DNA of 64,000 bases from a virus. Positions 32,301-38,132 of this stretch are shown piece by piece. Below the pieces are notes generated by a model. That model saw nothing but the letters and a program-made list of their open reading frames with translations, was not told where the DNA came from and did not search any database. Numbering within the stretch: the stretch's first letter is position 1; every line of letters begins with the position of its first letter. The DNA lies in the IMG/VR virus record IMGVR_UViG_3300006735_000027, positions 1 through 64,000 of that record; one strand, given 5' to 3'. Both the position numbers and the translations under genes were made by a program.

Positions 32301-35300
32301 GGTTCCAAGAGTGAGCCGTGTGCGTTGCGTCGATGTGCAACTTCATGCTGTTGTCTGGGCCGGGGAAGATGCCGCGCTCCGCGTTGTCGAAGAAGAAATC
32401 CTCAAAGAGCGGAATCTCGACCAGTGCGCGTGTACTTGCGTATTGCGTGCCCAACTGATAGTCGTGTTGGACTGTGTCGAGAGTCTGGAACAAGCGGTCA
32501 TTGATGGTCGTCCCATCGTTGCACATGGTCTCTTCGCTGAACTTGTCGTCGAGGTGAATGACGCTCCCTGCGGTAATTGACGTCGCCGTAATCCACGCTG
32601 CCAGAGAATCGGCTTCAGACCCATCCGCAAGAACGAATTTATCTGTTCCAAGGTGCCCGGTGCCGGAAGCAAACGTGAACGTCGTCCCGGTCTTGCTGGT
32701 GTATTCAGCACTGGCAAACTCAATGCCTTCACCTTGGTTTGTCGCCAACTGCAGGTAAATCCGACCAACCTTCGGGAAGCAGTAAGTTCCCCATGATTGC
32801 AGGTCATCCGCCTTGTTGTTGAGGGGGAGCACCACGACAGTCGTACTGCTCGTCGAACTGACCACGGCTTGGCAATCGCGTCGCGTGTTCCAAGCGAGGC
32901 GACCCAGAGGGCTGGGGTCCCACGTCTCCTTGGTGTTGACCGCACCTTGTCCGCCACCCCCAAGCATCATGGTGATGACCGGCGCCCCCGGCATGATTTC
33001 CTTCACGATGTGTGAGTCGGGTGCCGCTGAACCCTTGACGCTCACACTGGATGATGCGAGGTCACCGATGACGCCATGCGCACGCATAACGGTTTGACCA
33101 TCATCATCGTCAGAGAAAGAAACAACTCGTCCACGTGCCACGAGACTTTCAATGGTCACCGTGTTACTGCTGTCTGTACCCGTGAGCATTTTGCTCAACA
33201 TGTTGAGACGTGCTCGGTCGCTGGGCTGGACAATCAAACGGGTCTTCTTACCCTTCGTTGTGTGCTCGATGATGTCGAAAAACTCGTGCACGCACGAACT
33301 CTGATTGACTGTGCCGCGCCCAACCATCTGCGGTTGGGTGAACAGTTCGTCGTTGTCGACCAGAGCATCGCTGGTTCCGCCACCAATCGTCACAGAGGTG
33401 GACGTGACGGCGGTGACTTTGCCCAAGTTCTTGCCGTTTGACTTGTACAGAATGTCGTTGACGGCAATGACTGTGGTCGCATCTACACCATCAACAGTCA
33501 TGGCAGAGGAAGTCGAAGAAGAGTAGCCTGAGCCGTTGTTAATGCGTACACCCGTGCGGGGGCGAGCACCGTTGGTCGCTTTCCTGACGCTGAAGCCGCC
33601 CGTGTCCTCAAAGCCAACGCTGTCGGTCTCATCTGCTCGAACGAGTAACCGGTGGAAGATAGAGCCGCGCGATTGCAGGTCGGCGTTGGCTACAGCGATG
33701 GCCTGCGGCGTGGTCTGCACGGGGTCGCTGGACGTCAGAGGTAGGTAGTTCTCTGGGCAAAGAGAGCGGTCCAGAACGCTCTCTGCCACGGTGCCTTCCG
33801 CGTGCTCGCCCTCCAGTTCGCCGTCTTCGAACACAAACATGTCTGGAGTCTCAAACTCGATGATGCCGCCGGGTGCAACGAGTTCCAAGTCTTCGATGGC
33901 CATGGAATCACGGATGAGGTCAAGAATCGAGTAGCCACTTGCCAACTCTGTAGCGACATCAGGCAGCGTTTTCGTCACCATCAACTTTGGAGAGTTGTCT
34001 GCTTTTTGCACGATGGCGCCGGTCACGGCCAACGTGACGAAACTGGATTGCGCTGCTGCTGAAAGCGTGAGCGTCTTCGCTGAATGGTTGATGATTGCAG
34101 TGACGCCTGCAGTCGTAGAGGCGACGACACCGCCGATGCTGATGCCCGACGCCGGAATGCTTTGTCCGTCGTAGCCGAACGACTTGGCGCTCTGAAGCGT
34201 CAAGACCTTGTTCGCCCCGCTGATGCCTGTGGTCAGTCGACTCGTAGCCCCAACAGTGAACTGAGAGCCCTCGAAGTCAATAGCGTCGTAGTGAATCTGT
34301 ACGAAGGGGGCGTAACTGTACGACCTTAGGCGTGGCAGGGAGAGCGTGGCGATGCGAGCCTCGGACGAGGGCACCATGAACTTGGTATCGCCGGTCTCTT
34401 GATTGCCGGAAACCGCCTTGAGCATGAACGGTGCTGGGTCAAAATTTGAGCCACCAATGGCGAGAATTGCACGCTTCGAGTCCGCAATGTCGGACATGCC
34501 GTTTTCAACAAGAGTGTTGACTCCCCCTGCAGCGACTACCGACCGAACGGTCATTGGCCCATGCGTGTCGAAAGAGGACACAACGCTGTTCATCGGGACC
34601 GTCGAGCGGATGTCTGAGAACTGACTGGGGAAGGAAGCCGAAATCACATCGCTGCTGATGTCCAACTTTTTCTCGACTTCGTGGGTGCTGGTAGGTGGCA
34701 GCGTGCCCATGAACGGATGACTGACCACATGGTTGAGCGTGTGCCTTCCACTGTGCCCCGCGACAAACTTGGAACCCATGTTGGTCGTGCTGGCAGAGAA
34801 CTTGTTGTACTCATGGTCGTCAATCGCCATGCTCTGAGAGAACATGATGCCGCTGTGCTCGAAGTCACTTTCGTCAATGATGACCTGACTCTGTCTTTGG
34901 GAAAACTGCGTGCCGCTACCGTAGGGCTGGAACTCGTTGCCCTCACCTGTGTCGACAATGCAGTCACCAGTGATGATGACGAAGCGACCTGCGTCGTGAG
35001 CCATGAGCGCTCCACGACGACCAGTGCTGGCGTTGGACGCGAAGTCGAGATGGATGGACTCGACGGTGATAGTTCCCGCACTGGCGTCAATCGCCATCAG
35101 GCGCAGACGCTCAGGTGCCTTGTTCGTGGGCTTCCCTGTCGTCTGGCTGTAAGCCAATGGGTTGACCAAGATGTTGTACGGCACCTTTGGGATTGAAACA
35201 TCCGAAGAAGAGGAAGCGGAGTAGACAGTGACTTTGTACGAGCCACCGCTGTAAGGGCTGGCTGTGAAGTCCAGCGACGTCAGCCCGCTCTGACCGCTCA

Positions 35301-36120
35301 GTTCATCGACCAGTGTCTGCGCAGCCGTCGCTCCAATGTTGATGCTCGAAGTAGCGCTCGTTGAAGCCGAGATTGACGGCGAGGTGGTGATGGTCGTAAT
35401 CGGGCTGACGGGCTCTTCAAACCGCCACAAGCCAAGCGTGTTGTCGCTCTTGACTGGGGCATACTGCTGGTGACCGGAGGGCATCGCTCCACTGGACCAG
35501 TGAATGGCTTCCAGTGTCCCACGGAAATCACCGCCGCGACCTCCGAGGTACATGCTGTTCTGCTGTGGCACCAGTTCATGCACTTCATCAAGCGTCTTCG
35601 ACACCGCCAAATCGCCATTGATGAGCAGGCTGAGAATGCGCCCGTCAAACATTGCAGTCACGTTGAGCAACTCTCTGTGCCCTTCGTTGAACGCCGTCAC
35701 GTCGTCTCGCTCAACGTCGGTGGCGAGGTAAGCGTCGTTGACCTCATCGCTATGCGGGAACAGCACCCCGTCCCAGTATGCGAGCCGACCGTTGGCCTTC
35801 GTGACCGGCTTGGCCGTGGACAGTGAGAAAACTGCATCTCGTCCACTGGCTTGGTTGCGCAGACGAATCTCAAACGTTGCTGGGGCCGGACTGCTGGGAC
35901 TGCCGACTGTGAGTCGCATAACGTTCTCTTGCTCAAAGATGGTGCCTCCTGAGTCAGGGATGAACCACGTCTCAAGGGTGAACGCCGACAGTGCATTCGG
36001 CAGAGACTTACGCTCTTCTTGCTGAAGACCATGAACAAAGTTCTGGTTCACCGGAACCAGAACGCTGTCGCTTACGCCGTTGAAGCGCAAGCCGAATCCG
36101 GGGTCTATGGTCAGCGTCAT
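20395..36120 (-). CDS. Giant 5241-aa virion protein with an N-terminal LamG/concanavalin-like domain and many beta modules
   Basis: Uninterrupted 15.7-kb ORF in the tail operon; FTLETWF...LLINGDL...YLGG...FRGTLE...GLWRFEE. Confidence 0.8.
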   Translation of the reverse strand: MTLTIDPGFGLRFNGVSDSVLVPVNQNFVHGLQQEERKSLPNALSAFTLETWFIPDSGGTIFEQENVMRLTVGSPSSPAPATFEIRLRNQASGRDAVFSLSTAKPVTKANGRLAYWDGVLFPHSDEVNDAYLATDVERDDVTAFNEGHRELLNVTAMFDGRILSLLINGDLAVSKTLDEVHELVPQQNSMYLGGRGGDFRGTLEAIHWSSGAMPSGHQQYAPVKSDNTLGLWRFEEPVSPITTITTSPSISASTSATSSINIGATAAQTLVDELSGQSGLTSLDFTASPYSGGSYKVTVYSASSSSDVSIPKVPYNILVNPLAYSQTTGKPTNKAPERLRLMAIDASAGTITVESIHLDFASNASTGRRGALMAHDAGRFVIITGDCIVDTGEGNEFQPYGSGTQFSQRQSQVIIDESDFEHSGIMFSQSMAIDDHEYNKFSASTTNMGSKFVAGHSGRHTLNHVVSHPFMGTLPPTSTHEVEKKLDISSDVISASFPSQFSDIRSTVPMNSVVSSFDTHGPMTVRSVVAAGGVNTLVENGMSDIADSKRAILAIGGSNFDPAPFMLKAVSGNQETGDTKFMVPSSEARIATLSLPRLRSYSYAPFVQIHYDAIDFEGSQFTVGATSRLTTGISGANKVLTLQSAKSFGYDGQSIPASGISIGGVVASTTAGVTAIINHSAKTLTLSAAAQSSFVTLAVTGAIVQKADNSPKLMVTKTLPDVATELASGYSILDLIRDSMAIEDLELVAPGGIIEFETPDMFVFEDGELEGEHAEGTVAESVLDRSLCPENYLPLTSSDPVQTTPQAIAVANADLQSRGSIFHRLLVRADETDSVGFEDTGGFSVRKATNGARPRTGVRINNGSGYSSSTSSAMTVDGVDATTVIAVNDILYKSNGKNLGKVTAVTSTSVTIGGGTSDALVDNDELFTQPQMVGRGTVNQSSCVHEFFDIIEHTTKGKKTRLIVQPSDRARLNMLSKMLTGTDSSNTVTIESLVARGRVVSFSDDDDGQTVMRAHGVIGDLASSSVSVKGSAAPDSHIVKEIMPGAPVITMMLGGGGQGAVNTKETWDPSPLGRLAWNTRRDCQAVVSSTSSTTVVVLPLNNKADDLQSWGTYCFPKVGRIYLQLATNQGEGIEFASAEYTSKTGTTFTFASGTGHLGTDKFVLADGSEADSLAAWITATSITAGSVIHLDDKFSEETMCNDGTTINDRLFQTLDTVQHDYQLGTQYASTRALVEIPLFEDFFFDNAERGIFPGPDNSMKLHIDATHTAHSWNPSPVGRRPEAVAPRDPELFGPFSFTVQNQSHRSGTKVTRPYDSGNSRVYVEDANLFPIPSAPPVEVAELGGSARYRRAFLASGEWVTYSARNTTDHYLTVVDSGDDHAFSEHFLRDIKVGAHIFPSPGYQDMSHPGIADNPSLISAGHESRRPFYFDRANVMTQGGNVDYGLRQYVSAIELRAGPTSNPHLPRIVNKRPRAKAVSVTGSPATSITLDDATLFPIASHDSNYKFRVGWKDAAGTTYRGFYDNRVGNVLTIVSPDSGFTPAVGDEIFVEDLHDTTGNQFPQTLETFLNRAWAHPFCGGGLRQGDTVWMNMHYTNPHAIEGLFCKSRGTLNEAEVWSGFNGGVSGPNVSPRDSIPMENFLIGNTCTETAQNLVQHINKTIQLNYEALKTSATAPVVAYIDPYQCTEDFARILLYDVAHDREFIAFQDLHMQVQTSAAASTIGNETSFKTPIHSAATSGSGLDVAAGFPSQNKNIISTHKSDFIESAYAHNSDWNESVTDGLSTHYVGGADDLATDGFSDRTNSATVKTAADDALAKHQKIDADTRERSTFFDTPDGTRVVPAFLGMKGIRAGTLDLTSHDETRLKYLEHWTKMDFVRRLTVDLGEVALRDGVTSIESAALEVVRLINQAGAKNGKTHARRPNDQFLGESSKFNLASPGPKSSAFGTNIDPAATHLHADFAATASTHDPAPFWDPSKAFSSHDRGTHMGYVRAHLGRVVLDSDGRPGFSIVIHSTVPGAAGRNFCTWLDSSKAQSPYRPQFLIGHGGRFRNYWCQPDEVTGENMHPAPMPINRFGRPFAPITTLKEHLPPENPNDAFLNNLDFGPDRVDSTTALTDASREGGSGRNANTALNESFETKSPASVLVDGLRVGTQARARINFGGLTQAGIPGWAPDVGKWGFGNDGTESNLQSRYGTASNVADAMTVTTEGSADGYIPQADLKAENIGKSPLYGLRFVDHRGDNHTIRFVYRQNEQKFASDNTYLPPTLDEEILIHFDDRDVSQGGFTVGAHMVGTGEVCGEKTGGTAKKFKGNLWNNYPSPIVGAKATTSLSSGTMTITLGASYDTSAPAVLQTHPDLLGYLGFPESGMFQLSKASSGAQGLTFYYTSRTHNGHAGPHKFFGVIGGSSSHSNGDWYLSPRINFTCLLTDEVMAAAVEHAISGTTETFDCRDMFAPDGRTLGEWGVSADAIHVVARNTDRVRLGRLFDVRRTKDFGLMDGATSDAVVSSKHTGGLSNAEVDAGTRLDVGYIPETVLHITTKYRGSNANTATPVLVDSQNNIVDVTTWQRNLRGENFIDVPGDLVIPRVDSPIIEVHTFNGGGGGALSTIEVASNESLALLGKLASDDADTWGEPLIVWYSTTEYAEVRSKPGASSVTQLDVVTHSANFAVVAGDTLFKGTTRASDAVRTDGVRRAGSKNASPFLYFRGGRDSPDHWVPLYFGGGFSGAVVDINDGTQNDYADFYTHPYASGPTGSAGFQNIGEMAGSHALIDTNAMLAMFPGTPYLDQHRGQNHPPFFNQDALLSYDMAKGANTKATGLTYTDGSRSVAINVPTPLILRFAHPHARYSATGDSADQTIYMIFGPGQAFPHNTAAHEPQGANIVTTGNGYSAVPIYIGGNTAKDSFLPNQLANGDATEHSGLNRTSSAAAHLPMTTFFQQNNTRGFNYPMNWQPAKGFPNTNATGSKTYSQTLAKAFYFEGSVATTSNLPKHYHPFNFVFSDLAGASIGSATHTTTRKSSVIWHMDGGYHPGGHFLDDHVSKNPKNPVASARISTGSGNKHNGTSFRPAGLLAKAYRSFYASAGSEGDQVVDENVVIVDATRCQNAEELGAVLSGAINTFPGNDPLKAIGGTFMPSMQNAHNQDRYGWVELPVVSYAAESGSTPASLVVTSTATTYPEYGWLRVSDGTSAGSAPYISHSVGSPNTTFTLAVSPGTTATNIVDSGLNPIAPGADFKAYIWTKAGTHRHNNTGTASRDHMTQVHFSGYHDAVDRTKPVGAVGWHGEAYSYLNSYEAETSVGADVHFAGLGAWHPLLGFSPYGAAETCLTGGAPTGATENPAATFVQDYCVTGLATRHLVAVAHEAELPIIAKADRDGISCTGDWLHMVQSTNIAHAGTTAWNTGKVHNRSRYVGPATAGPHVEAQIHSSLSVPIEESDYPAVGSAPSDAQWHRTIQSGDMVRANACRYPTGDLFWDESVVIQSGAHESASTLGVECIGVSSHDHYLNINAAATDMPHNGLFGYFSNRHAARNFLPEHVVWKRMDGGSLTMPAVNARGLGMIPWVQRKDSSDTDFKTVGEKVLGNVRFSFETTNAAMFPIIQAQELGHPQLAEQHPLEVRNALLIPNEDQQFKSMQVVDDTGQEHHLDGGSPLGTVILDFRHISDREIEGLAPALAGAGVNPNLRIRLPDADEIPGNIIIRSGFDRIQAYQTETIGSGGLQHPAQNITQIRQMFNNEYSGPRLWPTWENNGWEHLSQDAVDISTTKSDSRLKFPASTSEGWTDHTSNAPLESAYEPHDRNLFFHITRMGVSMTHRFDLDELTYSSHSGTEINVTSTPEAAVWTDTTEQSGGRYFLRVYDPATDKGVLASYTGVSTNKFTGVVYSPDFASFVLGKTGLKVVPSYYMPAGSTRMFAARRLRDHSEYSGASPDMVKLDWFDIYSDLPGSTGAMANPSAPYTRMTTPKMTPMPIPRMGHHYVTPTMAMMPGHYAHPAYQRLYSLNRACASSNHAPYEDSLIGNREGTRTSVTSTVLTHGNGRDPLVWFSTPTAPFGPSDIHGGAFTLLTETKLKYEGYGIAASAGANAGTINAQGGHTLVLEAANTYTMNNHFPDPLEVGAYQIIIQPNVFKQQLQGFHQNHATENKAPSESGTKVTELTGQQVNTVIAIEKNVSTRGAYALILAEAMMADVRGCEVILNEVILDIEPDASSQFTNLPPLALYNPLGVQESSSPAFTRRSLPYRPGMFQSATPGRTLTIPWWGILHKDGADAAGAAKFRHLEWHRPDNYYEFCRVGYGAVGAQMTLAGYPTSFLDLYEPHKRLRSLNPNCVVISDNGSSTITVDDNAMFPVKPYFGEVLEYTKNGVRYTATYTNRTGTLAHATLGESDTFSGVSGSAAFWANIGANTILRLSRPYDNGPSDDLFTRSEVSIMTRNLPQYANGSRDTNSLHAPDAFLCMWHPNLGRPFTWYSDDSSRAFYTNAGTADTPVDQKPLNHVPEHFETIHYHDFNYVASKGPFGLAMKWVVPPHDHDNNAGTALSHDGTLTTASDIDAKVDGAGTLNHQGGTVGSNKYNFSGFWPGGSHGGGAVSRMESYGHALIGWGSDTFGMDCETYQDSTGIATLSLPNDRNRCFGYRMAVRQLFNRPRWSPYVRGWLEVANSNAMLGYYHGPLIQQDSKTNGWDYVGSDSGQSDRTFDALYVGILERITQVSSLLGQDQIGRQVRYSDGRRMTGPFGCPVRTMRNASTTTRLFPNDEAGQGTEDLARAHRHYMVDWWGNTRGEEVRRFPVRGFGLRPSWDPEDAYADTNVTHRPAVNGLFGGDGNDRYSGNDNSGNNAASNMGTADWFNPASALRVGDRGDGRGVRWPTVFNESLLMAVSEPHDATGLVLSHSTAEPAFGQGLVRPSNATLQVGEIERGISDRVDLNSDDGLLKPSAHVGEGVETVNADTRGAEPVSRNDVRLGLDVDTIAELNDGVSREYVVMSTEASSLHTDRAVGQRTNIRGAYDVGSRTLKDLDMTALNWSDKPVSGVVKHSDAHAMWPLGGTYVMEWSKHAGVLDVKGWGKAGASTSSNPYQDSNHDPIKENVNYTDSTIEFLYRPAHTLDAKHSQLFRAFLNTGGRQAGSNFYRATAGGKYGLFTSDAPSARTGTPSSPPYAPVYDVDPASPTTADSNGPKIQGADVAGFDKTDVRSPVARMVMSENTLEHFRADASRRSADDDEGDFSVQPRHSQTLHPKGSKGDTSFNTGDHSGE

Positions 36121-36122
36121 CG

Positions 36123-38123
36123 TTACACCCCCAGCACGAAGTCCGTGGCGACAAGCACCATGTGGAACGTGTAGTAGTTCTTGCCAGCATCATATCGCAC
36201 ATGAACCTTCTCTGGAATAATACGAATGCCGCCGTCGTTGCCCCGTGAAATGCTGCGGTCGACTGTGACCCACAGCGACTGCACGTTATCGACAAGGAAG
36301 CCCGTCAATGACTGGAGGTCGTCTCCGAAATCTCCCATCTTGTCTGCGAAGCGGCTCAACAAGCCGCCCTCTCTGCCCCCCTCGTCAGCCTTGTTGCCCC
36401 CAACGACGTCATCCAGAAGCAGACCCTGCATGGGAAGCGAGGCCGACCGCTCATTGGCAAGCGACCCTTTCTCTGATGCGGGGACATTCCCAAACGTCAG
36501 GAAAAAGTTTCGAGCAACTCCCGTCACACCAGAACTGGTGATGAGGCTGTCGTATGGAATCTGTACGCCTCGGAAAAGGTCGGAGTGGCGACCTGCGTTA
36601 GAAACGAGACCTATCAGGTCCTGCGCTTTGTCTCCCGCGGACTTCTTTGCAGCCGAGTCAAACTGCGTTGACGACATAAGCACCTGAGGCGAGAAGTCGG
36701 CTTGCAGCGACAGGTCCATGGACGGAGGATGCTCGATGGGTGAGTCAGGCTGGTATTTCTGTTCGATAAGGACCATCGCCCCTTGTCGCGTGACCGTGAA
36801 TACGTCAGTCAGTGTTTTGTCGTTGCCCGGTGCCAGTATGACGTTGCTGATGTTGGCTGATGTAACAGCCGCGTTGGTCAAAGCGTCTTGAACAATCTGT
36901 GCCATCAGCACGGCTGGATTGGTGTTGACCGTATCTGTAAGACCGCCGATAGGTACGTCAATGACCGCGTCGTAGTGCATAGCATCTTTTGGAGCAAACG
37001 AAACCCCTCGACTCACGCGGGTCGCGGTATGCAGGACGCTCGGTTGGTCCGAACCACCCAAGAGTGGAGGAGTCTTGTTCGCATTGAATCTCAGCCGAAT
37101 CCCAATGTTTCGCCCGGAAGGGAAGTCACGGTCACTGAGGGCGAAGCCGCCTTTGGGATTCCGAGTCCTGTCTTCCAGCCAATACATCGGAACGAGTTTG
37201 ATGGAGCGCTCGTGCAACCGACCGACTACGTCGTTTTCACTCTGATTGATGGTGATGTTGGTTCCGGGGACAACGTCGATGAGAGAGGTGGCTGTGAGTG
37301 CGACGTCGTAGTTGTCGTCACTCGCGTTGTAGGTGAACGTGTCGACATAACCGATGAACTCGGCTCGGTCAGTGAAGCATTTGGGAGTCACGTAGACTTC
37401 GTCGTTGGCGGAGATTGCATTTGGCAAGGCCGAGGTGAACGTGATGGTCGTCGACGTCAACGCCGAAACGAGCCCAAGAAGTGTGCCATCGGACTTGGTA
37501 ACGCGGTCTCCGATGTTCAGCAGGGCGGCTGCCCCAAGGCGGTCAGGGTCGTCCGAAATGCTGAGTGTGGTGCCCTGCACTTTCAACGTAGATGCAACCG
37601 TCAGAGCGCCTGTTGCACCTGCAGAATGGGCACCTGAAAACTTCAGGTTGACTTGAACCCGACCGTTGAAATCTGGAATGACGTTGTCCGTCGCCTCAAG
37701 ATTTTCAAGCGTCGTAGTAGAACCCTTGACGGCTGCACGTGTAGCGACCAGTTTTGGAAACCGAACGCTGCGGTTCGACACGAAGCGATTGCTACCGGAC
37801 GAAACCACTGCGAGGTTGCGGATGGGAGCGAAAGGTGAGTTGGGCTCTGCCGGTAGCATGCTGCCGAAGTTGAAGAGCATGCGTGACGGAAGGGTGCGCT
37901 GTACGCCAGTGGGCGTGTCGATACCTGCGTCGTCGTCAAGAATGCCGTCAATCTCGACGGTGATGCGAGGGATGTTCGTGTCGGAAGCATACCGCTTCAA
38001 GAGGTTGTTGGGTGTCGGAAAAGCGCTGATGTTTCGGTCAACTCCGATGTCGATGCTCTGTGCGTTCAAATCCACTTGAATGTCGCCGTTTGTACCAGCG
38101 AGAAGTCGGATTGGAATGGCCAT
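36123..38123 (-). CDS. Putative distal tail protein, paralogue of the adjacent gene
   Basis: Shares PIRL..., KSAGDK.QD, G.QIPY and RNFFLT with 38133-40667. Confidence 0.6.
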   Translation of the reverse strand: MAIPIRLLAGTNGDIQVDLNAQSIDIGVDRNISAFPTPNNLLKRYASDTNIPRITVEIDGILDDDAGIDTPTGVQRTLPSRMLFNFGSMLPAEPNSPFAPIRNLAVVSSGSNRFVSNRSVRFPKLVATRAAVKGSTTTLENLEATDNVIPDFNGRVQVNLKFSGAHSAGATGALTVASTLKVQGTTLSISDDPDRLGAAALLNIGDRVTKSDGTLLGLVSALTSTTITFTSALPNAISANDEVYVTPKCFTDRAEFIGYVDTFTYNASDDNYDVALTATSLIDVVPGTNITINQSENDVVGRLHERSIKLVPMYWLEDRTRNPKGGFALSDRDFPSGRNIGIRLRFNANKTPPLLGGSDQPSVLHTATRVSRGVSFAPKDAMHYDAVIDVPIGGLTDTVNTNPAVLMAQIVQDALTNAAVTSANISNVILAPGNDKTLTDVFTVTRQGAMVLIEQKYQPDSPIEHPPSMDLSLQADFSPQVLMSSTQFDSAAKKSAGDKAQDLIGLVSNAGRHSDLFRGVQIPYDSLITSSGVTGVARNFFLTFGNVPASEKGSLANERSASLPMQGLLLDDVVGGNKADEGGREGGLLSRFADKMGDFGDDLQSLTGFLVDNVQSLWVTVDRSISRGNDGGIRIIPEKVHVRYDAGKNYYTFHMVLVATDFVLGV

Positions 38124-38132
38124 GGTTTCACC

